Shown here one piece after another: positions 8,998 to 19,300 of a DNA stretch of 64,000 nucleotides. The stretch's first letter is position 1, and every line of letters begins with the position of its first letter. The stretch spans positions 8,897-72,896 of the forward strand of contig DATIGE010000021.1 in NCBI GenBank assembly GCA_035454885.1, given 5' to 3'. The notes beneath the pieces were generated by a model, which was not told the DNA's origin, searched no databases, and worked only from the letters and a program-made list of their open reading frames with translations. The stretch comes from a bacterium. Its GTDB lineage: Bacteria; UBA10199; JACPAL01; GCA-016699445. The translations under genes and the position numbers were made by a program.

Positions 8998-10404
8998 TCA
9001 GCTCGCTCCCCCGACGACAAGTTCCGGAATGCGAAGTGTGGGCTGCGCATCCCCGACCGGAACGCCCTGGCCGTTCTTGCCGCAGGTGCCGATGCCGAAC
9101 CCGTGGTCGCTTCCGATCTTGTCGATGATCTGCAGGATTTTCGGCCCGTTGCCCATGAGGATGGCGCCGCGGACGGGCTCGCCCAGCTTCCCCTGGTCGA
9201 TCAGGTAACCCTCGTTGACCTCGAAGACGAAGTCGCCGTTGACCGTGTTGACCTGGCCGCCCCCCATCTTTCGGACAAAAAGGCCTTTTTCCGTGGACCG
9301 CAGGATCGACCCCGGCTCGTCGGAGCCGGCGAGGATCATCGTGTTCGTCATCCGGCAGATGGGTCGGAAACGGTAGGATTCGCGGCGCCCGTTGCCGGTC
9401 AAGGGGAAGCCGTGCTTCCGGGCCATCCGGCGGTCGCACATGTATTTCTTGAGCACGCCGTTCTCGATCAGGACGGTCCGCTCGGAGGGCACCCCTTCGT
9501 CGTCGAAGACGAAGGACCCGCGCTTGTTGGCGAGCGTGGCGTCGTCGACCACCGTGATCCGGTCGCCCGCGATCTTCCGACCGATCTTGTCGTGGTAGAC
9601 CGAGAGCCCCTCGCCGGCCAAGTCCGCCTCCAGGCCGTGACCCACCGCCTCGTGCACCATCGTGCCGCCCGCCTCGGAAGAGATCACCACCGGCATCGTG
9701 CCCGCCGGGGCCTTGCGCGCGCCCAGCATCATCAAGGCCTGCGAGGCCGCGGTCTTGGCGATTGCCTCCGGCGTCGTCTCCGGATTGTCCAGGAATTCCA
9801 GGCCGATCAACCCGCCCACGGGGTGGTAGCCGGTCTGCAGGAGCCCGGTCGCCGCGTCCTGGACCACGACCTGGACGAAGAAGAGGGCGTAGGTCCGGTC
9901 GTCCTTGGCGATCTCGCCCAGGGAATTGGCGATCATCACCTTCTTGGCGATCTCGGAGTACAGGACCTTGACCTGCTTGATCTTTGAAACGGGGGATGGA
10001 TCGGCCGCCCAGGCGAACTTTTCGGCGCGCTCGATCAGACCGCGCTTCTTTTGTATGTCCAGGTCGCGCGGCGGTTTCTTGATCTCAAATTGGATGTGCG
10101 GCGGGACGGTCTTGAGGGCGATGTCGTTGTCGAAGGCCTCCGCCTTGACGGCCCCGGCCACCGAGTCCGCGAGTTCCAGGAGGGCCTTTTCGGAGACGTC
10201 GTTGGTGAACCCATAGGCGGTCTTTTCCCCCCACATGACGCGGAGCCCCACGCCCCGGTCGAGGGCGGGGTTGACCTTCTCGATCCTCTTCTGCTCGGCG
10301 ATGATCTGCAACGACTCGGAGTCGTCGGCGTAAAGCTCGGAAAAGTCGCCGCCGTTCTGGAGCGCCTTCTTGAGGATCTTGGGGAGGTCGAAGGATTCAA
10401 TCAT
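8998..10404 (-). CDS. tldD: TldD/PmbA-family metalloprotease (TldD-like)
   Basis: 468 aa carrying the HEAVGHGLE motif and GxC...G C-terminal motifs typical of TldD. Full-length ORF. Confidence 0.85.
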   Translation of the reverse strand: MIESFDLPKILKKALQNGGDFSELYADDSESLQIIAEQKRIEKVNPALDRGVGLRVMWGEKTAYGFTNDVSEKALLELADSVAGAVKAEAFDNDIALKTVPPHIQFEIKKPPRDLDIQKKRGLIERAEKFAWAADPSPVSKIKQVKVLYSEIAKKVMIANSLGEIAKDDRTYALFFVQVVVQDAATGLLQTGYHPVGGLIGLEFLDNPETTPEAIAKTAASQALMMLGARKAPAGTMPVVISSEAGGTMVHEAVGHGLEADLAGEGLSVYHDKIGRKIAGDRITVVDDATLANKRGSFVFDDEGVPSERTVLIENGVLKKYMCDRRMARKHGFPLTGNGRRESYRFRPICRMTNTMILAGSDEPGSILRSTEKGLFVRKMGGGQVNTVNGDFVFEVNEGYLIDQGKLGEPVRGAILMGNGPKILQIIDKIGSDHGFGIGTCGKNGQGVPVGDAQPTLRIPELVVGGAS

Positions 10405-10473
10405 TGATCCTGAGTATCACATGGGATATTCGGTCCGCAACTTTCGCTCCCGGGGCACGATAATCAGGACGTC

Positions 10474-11607
10474 ATGATGGGTGGAAAACTATCCTTTTTG
10501 GCCTTTCGCGTCATCGGCTTGCTGGCCGCAGCGGCGGCCGCGTGGCCGTTGGTTTCCTGCGAACTCCAGCAGGGCGGGGACCAGTTGCACGGAATGATCA
10601 ACATCGCCTTTCCCTCCACCGCGGTGTGTCAGGCCCAGCAGAAACTGATCAATTTTCGGAACGTGAGCGGGACGGAGATCGTCATCGAAGGTGCCGCCAT
10701 CTCCGGCGGGACGGACCCGGAAGGGAACTTCAACCTCCTGGGCGTCAAGATCAACGCGGAGACCGTGCCCGCCACCACGGGATTCTTAAACGACGTCCAT
10801 GTCCCCTCGGGGGCCGACTACGCCTTCATCATCTCTTATACGCCCCGGAGCGAAAACACGGAGCACACGGCCATCCTCGACATCGCCTACCGGGCGCCCA
10901 GGGAAGGCATCGTGCAGATCTCGCTCTACGGGACGTCGACCGGGCGCGCCCCCGTCTGCCCGACGGGCGGAGGCAACACCGGAGGCGGCAAGGGCGACCT
11001 GAACGGGGCGGTGACGATCACCATCGACCGCATCGCCCTGGTGTCCAGCGCGCTCTCCCAGCCCATCAGCACCGATCCGGAAAATACCGTCACGCCTTAC
11101 AATCCGGTCTCGGTTCCGATCTCCTTCGATGCCGCCGCGAACGGCGTGGTCCTTCCGACGATCGGAGAGGACGTTCAGTTCCTCCTGCCGCGCACGAAGA
11201 CGAATCCCTTGTTCAACCTGATCAAGAGCGAGACCCTCGTCACCACCGAAGCGGACGGCTCCGGCACTTACGGCGACGACGGGTCCATCGAGATCCCGAA
11301 CGTGCCCATCCACCTGACGGAGTGTTTCGACACGAATTTCGACGTGACGCTGACGACGGGCGAGGTGACGATCCCCAACAACCTGCCCAAAAACCTCCTC
11401 CGGACGGCCGGCTTTGACCTGACGGACGACCAGACGAAGGTCTTCGGTTCGCCCGTCGACGCGACGACCTTGGAGACGACGCTCATCGGCATCGCGACCT
11501 TCACGGGAACCACGGGGGCCAGTTCCTGCACGGTCGCCCAGTCCATGGAGGCGACGGCCGGCGCGGTCATCATCAAGGCGACGATTCACCTTCCGGAAGG
11601 CGCCTAA
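10474..11607 (+). CDS. hypothetical lipoprotein; first gene of the secreted five-gene block
   Basis: Signal peptide with LVSC lipobox. Two domains joined by a Gly-rich linker (GGGNTGGGKGD). No known domain. Confidence 0.6.
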   Translation: MMGGKLSFLAFRVIGLLAAAAAAWPLVSCELQQGGDQLHGMINIAFPSTAVCQAQQKLINFRNVSGTEIVIEGAAISGGTDPEGNFNLLGVKINAETVPATTGFLNDVHVPSGADYAFIISYTPRSENTEHTAILDIAYRAPREGIVQISLYGTSTGRAPVCPTGGGNTGGGKGDLNGAVTITIDRIALVSSALSQPISTDPENTVTPYNPVSVPISFDAAANGVVLPTIGEDVQFLLPRTKTNPLFNLIKSETLVTTEADGSGTYGDDGSIEIPNVPIHLTECFDTNFDVTLTTGEVTIPNNLPKNLLRTAGFDLTDDQTKVFGSPVDATTLETTLIGIATFTGTTGASSCTVAQSMEATAGAVIIKATIHLPEGA

Positions 11608-11740
11608 GCCGGAAATCCAGCCCTCGTGCCGCATCACGTCAAAAAATGTGTCTTTTTTGGGACAGTTACGCTTCTTTTATCGGCAACCTTTGCCGTTCGC
11701 TGTCGATAAGGCGGTTAGGATAGGCACCCCTTGCCGGGGG

Positions 11741-14700
11741 ATGACTCAAGGGAGGTCGAGTTTGTCTCGGATTCTTAAAGGCATCGTCGGTTTCCTTCTC
11801 GCGCTTTCCATCGTTCAAGTCACGGCCTGCGGCGTGGGTGGCGAAGACCTCCCGTTCGTCTTCGGCGACGGCACCGACGGCGGCTCCGGTTCCGAAAGTC
11901 CTCCTCCGACCGGCGGCGGGACGACCGGCGGCACCACGGGGGGCACGACCGGCGGGACCACGGGCGGCACGAGCTCCTGCACGACCGACGACCAATGTCC
12001 CTCCGGACAGGTATGCAATACGACTTCGGGACAGTGCGGCCTCCCGGGCGGCGCCTGCGAGGTCGATTTCAACGCGTCGCTCGCCCTCAAGATCGACGCG
12101 GTGAAGTCCACCTCGGGCGGCCACTTCGACAGCCCGCCTTCTTGCTGCGAATACGCGGACGTCGACGGCGGTTCGACGTGCCCCACGATCGCCGCCGGCG
12201 ACCTGGACCACTTCCTCCAGGCCCCCTCCGAGAACACGGATCTCTATTGTTGCAGCGCCGACAGCGGGGCCGAAGTCTCCGGGCATCCGGAGCTCTTCTG
12301 CGACACGGAGAACCGCCACGGCGGTCTCCCAGAGCTCGCCGTCACGCGCTGGCCGGCCTCGGCCGGAGGCAAGATCCGGATGAAGTTCCTGGTCTCGCCC
12401 GACGGCTCGTCCTGTGTGGCGTCCATGGTCCGGGATCAATTCCCCGAATTCAAGCTGGAGAACACGGCCCTCGACGCCTCGCTCATCATCAACGCGGGCG
12501 AAGATTACCGGACGCTCCCGCCCCTCCCGTCCCAAGATTTGAATCCGGCGGAAATCACTTCGCCCTGCACCGTGACCACCGACGGCTCGGGGAACGTTTC
12601 GGTCGCGATCGACGCCCTGCCGTTCCGGTTCCTGACCAAGATCTACAGCAATTACACCCAGTGCATCTCCGGCAGCACCAATCCGGGGCCGGTCAATCCA
12701 GCGGAATGCCCCTCGGGTCCGTTCAGCACGTTCTTCTTCGAGGCGGGCGTCGGAGTTCCGGACGCCAACACGATCCAGGTCATCCCCGGTCTCAGCCAAT
12801 CGCCCTTAAGCCTCACCACCGGCTCGCGCTCGCAGGCCGTCGTCGACGCCACCAAGCAGAACGGGGCCATGGACATCACCGGCGAGCCCATGCATTACGA
12901 TGCCGGATCCTCTCAGACCCGCATGACGATCGTCACGGCCTTCGCCTTCCCGGACGATACGTCGACCGGCGTCTCCCGCGACGACAACTCCGGGGCCGGG
13001 CAGCTTCTGGCGGAATTAGGCAAGGCGATGCTGACCGCCGAGATCAAGGGCACGGTCACGAAGACCAACGGAGGGTCCATCCAGACCCTGGCCGATCTGA
13101 CCACCAATTGCGGCGGCGGGGGAGGAACGACCGGCGGCACGACGGGCGGGACCACGGGCGGCACGCCGTTATGCACGGCGGACTCCCAGTGTCCGGCGGG
13201 CCAGGTTTGTAATCTCTTGAACGGCCAGTGCGGCGTCCCCGTGGCGGGACTGAAGCTCGAGGAGATCGGGCCGGCCGCGCCGAACGCCTCCGTTGCCCAA
13301 CTTCTGCCCGCCGATGCGGCGCCGGCGGTGAATTTCGGTGAAACCCTTCTGAGCATCCAAACGAAAACCAAGCTTTACCGGATCTCCAACGTGGGCACCA
13401 AGGACATCGTCGTCAACGGAATCCACGTGGCGGACGTCAAGCAGAACTTCCGTCTGGGTTCCGTCTACCAGGGTTCGAGTTTCGCCGCCCGAACCTGGAA
13501 GGTCGGCCAGGATCCCTGGACGCTCGCCCGGGGCGGAGCGAGCGATTTCTTCTTCTTCCTGAACTACGGACCGTTCGGCAAGGTGGGCGGGGAAGGGAGC
13601 ACCCGCGCGGACGCCGGTTCCCTCGTCATCACCACAGACGCGGGCGTCTTCAACGTGAACCTCACCGGCACGGCCAAGAAGGACTCGCGTGCGACGCTCG
13701 CCCTTTACGTCGAAGACCCGAGCCGCTTTACGGTCACGGGCGCTTCGGACCCGGACCTGAAGGACGTCGATGACGGCGGGACGACCCGGCACCTGTACCT
13801 CGCCAAGAACAAGCTCTTCAGCTTCCGCCAGGACGGCACGCCGAGGGCGGTCTACCTCTTCAACAACGGCACGGCGGGTGGAATCGACGACATCGTGGTC
13901 CAGCACCTGAAATTCAACGCGGACGCGGGTGGAAAGATCGTCTTCGCGCCGGCCGCGGCGTCCGACGTCACGGCCTGTTTCGCGGCGCTTCCGGAAGCCA
14001 CCACGGCCTGCGCCACGCTCGCGGCGGCGGGGACCAACAAGATCAAGCTCGGAACGATGACCTTCACCCCGGCGGCCGGTACCTACGCCGTTTCCGAGGG
14101 CAGCCTGGACGTGAAGGCCATCTCCAAGGCGGCCTCCGCCACCGAGGGAGTTCCGCCCATCATCGGCGGGATGCCGACCAACGTGAACGACAATCCGCTG
14201 GTCAACTTCGGGCTCAAGGGCGCGAGCGGGGCCCCGAGCGGAACCTTCGATCTCAAGGTTCACCGCCTGATCGCCGGCTTCTCGAACAAGATCAACCAGG
14301 GGCTCCAGAAGACGCTCATCGTTTCCGGCTCGACCAAGGGCATCTTGAAGCGCTTCAACGACGGGCCGGGCACGGACGTGACTCTCGACCTGTTGAAGGA
14401 GGTCTTCAAGATCGAGGACGGTATGGAGCTCGACGCCGTCACCGGAGAGGCGACCCTGAAGCGGATCGTCACGGCCGTCGACGCCGATCCGAACAATCCC
14501 GCGAGCCCGTCGGCCATATCGGGCCTCCGCCTTTACAACGCGCCCGGCTCGCAGCCGGCCAACACGGAATACTTTGCGGAGTGCAAGACCGCGGGCACCC
14601 ACAACTGCGCCTTCTTCTACCTGTATATGGGCGACTGGGCCGGCTCGATCACGTCTTCCAGCTGCAACGGGGGCTCGAAATTCCCCGTCATCCAGAGCTA

Positions 14701-15286
14701 CACCGGCACCCAGGCGCAGCGCGACGCGCTCTTCGCCACCGTCATGAAGCCGGATAACGCGACGGAATTCGCCTGTCTCTCCGGCGCCGACGGCATGAAG
14801 GACGAGACGGCGGGCACTTTCGACCCGGTGACCGGCGAGATCACCTTCCGCGACGTGGCGGTGCGGCTCTACGCCCCGAACGTCCCGGCGCTCTCGAACA
14901 ACGACGTCGACGCCACGATCCGTCTTTCGCTGACGACCCAATGCGTGGGCCAGGACATGGTGCCGGACACGGCCTCCAAGGCCCAGTACCTTGTGCCGAA
15001 CAACACACTCAACGACACGAGCTTCAACAACACCCTGATGCCGGAGAACCCGCTCCTTCCGTACGTCGACCAGCCGGGCACCGTTTGCGGCATCCCGCGG
15101 ACCCTGCACGGTCGCGGAATGTTCCAGACCGATACGACGAACACGCTCGACAACGACACGGATCCGGACGGTCTCAATTTCAACGGGTTCGACCTGGCCG
15201 GCGTGGGCCGGAACGTGACGAGCCAGACGAGCGTGAGTCCGGCGAACATGTACATCATCATCAAGGCCGAGGTGGGAGAGTTTTAG
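11741..15286 (+). CDS. giant surface lipoprotein (about 1181 aa) with (GGTT)n linkers, Cys-knot mini-modules and Ig-like beta domains
   Basis: Start at MTQGRSSLSRILKGIVGFLLALSIVQVTAC (lipobox VTAC). (GGTT)n linkers occur twice. The Cys-knot module occurs twice: CTTDDQCPSGQVCNTTSGQCG and CTADSQCPAGQVCNLLNGQCG. The Ig-like (choice-of-anchor/ASH-like) region reads ISNVGTKDIVVNGIHVADVKQNF. The protein ends in ...EVGEF. Confidence 0.7.
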   Translation: MTQGRSSLSRILKGIVGFLLALSIVQVTACGVGGEDLPFVFGDGTDGGSGSESPPPTGGGTTGGTTGGTTGGTTGGTSSCTTDDQCPSGQVCNTTSGQCGLPGGACEVDFNASLALKIDAVKSTSGGHFDSPPSCCEYADVDGGSTCPTIAAGDLDHFLQAPSENTDLYCCSADSGAEVSGHPELFCDTENRHGGLPELAVTRWPASAGGKIRMKFLVSPDGSSCVASMVRDQFPEFKLENTALDASLIINAGEDYRTLPPLPSQDLNPAEITSPCTVTTDGSGNVSVAIDALPFRFLTKIYSNYTQCISGSTNPGPVNPAECPSGPFSTFFFEAGVGVPDANTIQVIPGLSQSPLSLTTGSRSQAVVDATKQNGAMDITGEPMHYDAGSSQTRMTIVTAFAFPDDTSTGVSRDDNSGAGQLLAELGKAMLTAEIKGTVTKTNGGSIQTLADLTTNCGGGGGTTGGTTGGTTGGTPLCTADSQCPAGQVCNLLNGQCGVPVAGLKLEEIGPAAPNASVAQLLPADAAPAVNFGETLLSIQTKTKLYRISNVGTKDIVVNGIHVADVKQNFRLGSVYQGSSFAARTWKVGQDPWTLARGGASDFFFFLNYGPFGKVGGEGSTRADAGSLVITTDAGVFNVNLTGTAKKDSRATLALYVEDPSRFTVTGASDPDLKDVDDGGTTRHLYLAKNKLFSFRQDGTPRAVYLFNNGTAGGIDDIVVQHLKFNADAGGKIVFAPAAASDVTACFAALPEATTACATLAAAGTNKIKLGTMTFTPAAGTYAVSEGSLDVKAISKAASATEGVPPIIGGMPTNVNDNPLVNFGLKGASGAPSGTFDLKVHRLIAGFSNKINQGLQKTLIVSGSTKGILKRFNDGPGTDVTLDLLKEVFKIEDGMELDAVTGEATLKRIVTAVDADPNNPASPSAISGLRLYNAPGSQPANTEYFAECKTAGTHNCAFFYLYMGDWAGSITSSSCNGGSKFPVIQSYTGTQAQRDALFATVMKPDNATEFACLSGADGMKDETAGTFDPVTGEITFRDVAVRLYAPNVPALSNNDVDATIRLSLTTQCVGQDMVPDTASKAQYLVPNNTLNDTSFNNTLMPENPLLPYVDQPGTVCGIPRTLHGRGMFQTDTTNTLDNDTDPDGLNFNGFDLAGVGRNVTSQTSVSPANMYIIIKAEVGEF
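11917..11985 (+). repeat. imperfect tandem 12-nt coding repeat (GGC GGS ACS ACS)n encoding a (GGTT)n linker; second copy at about 13120-13180
   Basis: ggcgggacgaccggcggcaccacggggggcacgaccggcgggaccacgggcggcacg translates to TGGTTGGTTGGTTGGTTGGT. The same motif recurs 1.2 kb downstream in the same gene. Confidence 0.7.
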
Positions 15287-15287
15287 T

Positions 15288-16301
15288 ATGGCATATCGTC
15301 CCGTAGGCATCATGACGGATTGCGAAAATGGATACGGGGTGGCCCTCGTCCAGGACGGGGACAATCCGTCCGTTCGCGCGGACGTGGACCTCAATGCCAC
15401 CGACGGGTCCGCGACGCCGCGGATCCGGGTCGATGGAAGCTGGGTCAACGTGGACGATGCCTTCGTCTCGGCCTACCGCGGGATGACGTCCGCGAATTCC
15501 ATGTCCGCCGATTCCCGGACTCAGGCGTGCGGGGCCATCAATGATGCCGTGGATCCTGGCATCGGCCGGGTCCATCCGTTTTGGTTGGTCACCGTGCCGA
15601 CGCTCTCGATCGGCGGCGCTTACCTCGTCAACCGGATCGCGCGGGCGGACCTCCTGACCGCCTCCAGCGACCCGGGAACGGTGGGGACCATTCTCGACTG
15701 GGGCTACGGCGGGACAAATGCCCTGTACAGCGCCACCCTGACGCCCATGACCCGCCACTCCGACGCCGGTTGGGCCTACGGGATGGGCGGCGTCAACGCC
15801 GGGGCGGGGCTCGCCTTCTTGATCGCCTCTTTCGCGCAGCCTTCCGGACGGGGAACGCCCGAGTTTTCGACCTCTCTGTCGCTCCTCACCAACGGAGGCC
15901 TGGTCTTTGTTTACGGCGACCGCGTGAGCGGCCGTGACCCCGCCCGTTTCTACACCGGTTTCGGCCTCCAACTCGCCTTGGGCGGGACGGCGCTGGGGCT
16001 TGGATTGGGCGGTGTCGGAAGGCGTCCGAGCGTTTCCTCGACGGACATGTACGCCCCGGATGGAATGGCCGGCGCCAGGGGCGTGCCGGGGAATCCTTAT
16101 GAAGGGACGCGTTTCCCGGGGCTCGACCGCGACCTGACGTGGATCGGAGTCGGTCATCTCTTGGGCGCCGGCGTCAATCTGGTGGATTATCTCTGGATCA
16201 GCCGCGCCGGAGAAAACCGGCCGGAGGAGGCGCCAACAGTGCATGTGGGCTTTTCACCCGTCCCCGGCGGCGGCGTGGGGTCGGTGTCCGGATCCTTTTA
16301 A
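15288..16301 (+). CDS. hypothetical protein (337 aa), translationally coupled to the upstream giant gene
   Basis: ATG lies 1 nt after the upstream stop. No classical signal peptide. Gly-rich with alternating hydrophobic stretches and a C-terminal ...GSVSGSF, suggestive of a beta-barrel outer-membrane protein C-terminal Phe (inference). Confidence 0.5.
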   Translation: MAYRPVGIMTDCENGYGVALVQDGDNPSVRADVDLNATDGSATPRIRVDGSWVNVDDAFVSAYRGMTSANSMSADSRTQACGAINDAVDPGIGRVHPFWLVTVPTLSIGGAYLVNRIARADLLTASSDPGTVGTILDWGYGGTNALYSATLTPMTRHSDAGWAYGMGGVNAGAGLAFLIASFAQPSGRGTPEFSTSLSLLTNGGLVFVYGDRVSGRDPARFYTGFGLQLALGGTALGLGLGGVGRRPSVSSTDMYAPDGMAGARGVPGNPYEGTRFPGLDRDLTWIGVGHLLGAGVNLVDYLWISRAGENRPEEAPTVHVGFSPVPGGGVGSVSGSF

Positions 16302-16310
16302 AGGAGAATC

Positions 16311-19300
16311 ATGAAGCGTCTGGTCTCAAAACTGGCCGGTTGGATGGTGGCGGGAATGATCCTCGGGGTTTCTTCCCAGGCCCATGCCGCCCTCGTCTGC
16401 CCCGATGCCCACCAGCCCGCCGGCACCGCCTGGTGCGACGGGGACGCGAGCCGCTTCCAGGCCGACACGCTCTGCGTGGCCGAGCCGGTCGACGGCCCGC
16501 CGGCGTCCTCGATCGACGAGGAAGTCGTCGGCGCGGGCGTCTGCATCAACGGCAAGTTCAAGACCGCCGATCAGCTGGAGCAGGTCGCCGACTTCGTCGT
16601 TTCCTACGATTTTCCCGCCGACCCCTTGCTTGGCCCCTCCGGCCTTTTCGTGCCCGAGCTGGAGACCCTGGCCGCAACCGGCGAATTCATGACGACGGTC
16701 CCTCTGGAAGACGAGGGCGTCTTCGACATCGTGATCCAAGGCCGGGTGCTCACCGACGACGGGGCGTTCACCGACGTCTCCATCGCGCGCCGCGTCCTGC
16801 GGGTTTCCAAGCCGCATCTGACGGTCACCCGCGCGCGCGTCGGCGGGGCGACGGCCGACTGCTCGGCCTCCGATCCGTCCTGCTTCGGCCTGCACGAACT
16901 CGAGGGCGACAGCGACGGCGACGGGATCTGCGACGGTCCCGTGGCGATCCCGAATCTCTGCGCCGCCGGCCCGGACACGACCGACGACAACGGTCCGGAC
17001 GGAGAGCCCCACACGATGGAGGTCACGCCTCCGGCGGTGCGTTCCAAGACGGTCGAGCTGTGCGTGAACAGCCATGACGCCGAGCCGCCCGCGGGCAATT
17101 CGATCCTCGTGCGCGCGGTCAATACGATCACGGACGATTCCGTGACTCCGGCGAAAGAGGTCCTGGTGGATGCGAGCTGCGCCGAGGCGGGTTCGGACGT
17201 CTGCCAGGTGTCCTCCGATTCCTTCTGCCCCGGAGGCTTCCGCCTCACGGTGCCGCTCGGGCACGGCAGGAACGAGATCGAACTCTTCGTCAACAACCTC
17301 GTGACGGGCTCCGACATCGGCGCCGCCCAGCAGATTTCCGTGGTTCCCTTCGACGTCGATCTGAAGGGTCCCGATCTCTGCGTCCGTTACCTGGACGAGG
17401 CGGGCCACGCGATCGACGACGTCGACGGCAAATCCATCACCGCCGACGAAGCGGCCTCCGTCACGGTGGACGTGACCTTGGGCGCCTGTGGCGGTGAGGA
17501 AGAGAACGTGCCGGAGACCAACCCCACGAGCTGCGACAACTCAAATCCGCCGGCGTGCGGCACGGCGGCGGTCTGCCTGCAGTCGAACGACGAGAGGGAA
17601 GGGGACAACCTCGATCCGAAGTTCGTCGCCATGTGCAAGCGCACGGTGGACGGCAAGACGCACTTCCAGGCGGCGTTCCCCGAGCTCCGCTTTCCCGTGA
17701 ACACGGCGACGATCAAGGCCGTGGACGCTTTGGGCAACCAGACCTTCGAGACGCGCGCCTTCGGCTACGGCAACGTCCGCCCGCTCTTCGACGCCGAGAA
17801 GAAGTTCGACCTGAAGGCGGCCATGGTCGACAACGGCGTGGGCGGCTTCGTCAAGGCGGGCTTCGTCAAGGACGAGGTCCTGCCGCTCCTCCTCAAGGTG
17901 GTGAACTCCAAAAAATTCGTCGACGACTTCTTCTTCCAGCTCATGGACCCGCGCCAGCCGAGCGACCAGGAAATCTCCTGCCTCAAGTCGATCGAGGACG
18001 ACGCCAACTGCACCTTCGGCCACCTGGCAAGCAAGGAGCGCGTGGTCGCGATCAAGACCTTCTGCGACGCCGACTGCAGCGACGAGATCGGCTCCATCGA
18101 AATCCCCAGCCTGTATTTCCTCAATCAGAACCGGTTGAGGGTGCAGATGAAGGTCAAAGGCTTCCACGGCCGGGCCGAGATGTACACGATGCGCTTCATC
18201 GATTCGGACAACGACAGCATCGTGGACACGGAGGACGACGACGCCGACAACGACGGCATCTGCGACAAGGAATTGCCGGCGATCGGCGTCTGCGACGACG
18301 AGAACCACGACGGCGTCTGCGACAAGGAGATCTCCCTCACCGGGACCTTCGGCAAGGGCCTGAACGCCTCCCGCAAATGCGTCCTCGACAAGAGTGTTCC
18401 CAGGGGAAGTTGCCCCGACGTCGATGCCGGGGACGAGCGCTACTTCGGCTGCTCCGACCAGGACGATGACAACGACGGCATTCCGGACTCGAAGGATCTG
18501 CCGGGACGGCTTGTTCAGGACCCCGACTTCGCGACCCACGTCATCCCGGTCAAGTTCACCATGAAGGAGATGGTCTTGAACCTCGACGTCTCCTTTGAGA
18601 AGTCCGCCGACGGCCGGTTGCATGTCGGGCTCACCAACGCGCCCGACCGGAAACTCATGGAATTCATCGCGGACGACAAGTTCCCGATCGAGTTCGACTG
18701 CGACAAGGACGTCTCCGAGCTCTACCAGGGCGGTTACGCCGGCCAGGAAGGGAACGGCCGGAACCTCTGGATCGACAGCGAGGTTTGCCGCGCCCTCGAG
18801 AACCTGAACCCGGTGGCCGACCAGGCCCTCTTCGGGGAAAAACCGCGCAAGCAGCAGAGCACCCGCAAGCAGCTGGAATGCACGGTGGAGGCCCTGGTCC
18901 GCTGCAGCATCCCCAAGCGTCTGGACGCCACGCTCGACCGCTTTGAGAACGACAAGGTCGCCCCGGTTTCGCTCACGCTCTTGGACAACCGCTTCCACAT
19001 GGACTTCTTTGCGCCCTTGGGCTCCGCCGGCGTGACGGTCGACCCGCGGGGCTTGGGCTTCAAGGGCAAGGGCCTGCTGATCCCCGCAGGCGTCTCCGAG
19101 AAAAACGACGAGGCCGAGCGCGACGGAAAAGAATTTCTGAATAACCTGCCCGAGGAGTTCAAGACGCCCAAGTTCGGGCCCCTCTCCAAGACGGGCGACG
19201 ACCACATGCTCGACCCGATCGACGCCGCCCAAGGCATGGGGAACGAGGTCAATCTGGCGCTCAACGAAGAGACGGTCAATTCGGCCCTGCACTCCGTGGG

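Noticed and set aside
10405-10473. Sigma-54-like GGGGCACG...TCAG element before the first block gene
   Set aside because: The -12 element is poor (TCAG instead of TTGC) and it lies only about 12 nt from the start codon.
13169-15448. 759-aa minus-strand ORF
   Set aside because: Antisense to the giant lipoprotein gene. The sense strand has a signal peptide and repeat architecture; the antisense product is Arg/Gly-rich junk.
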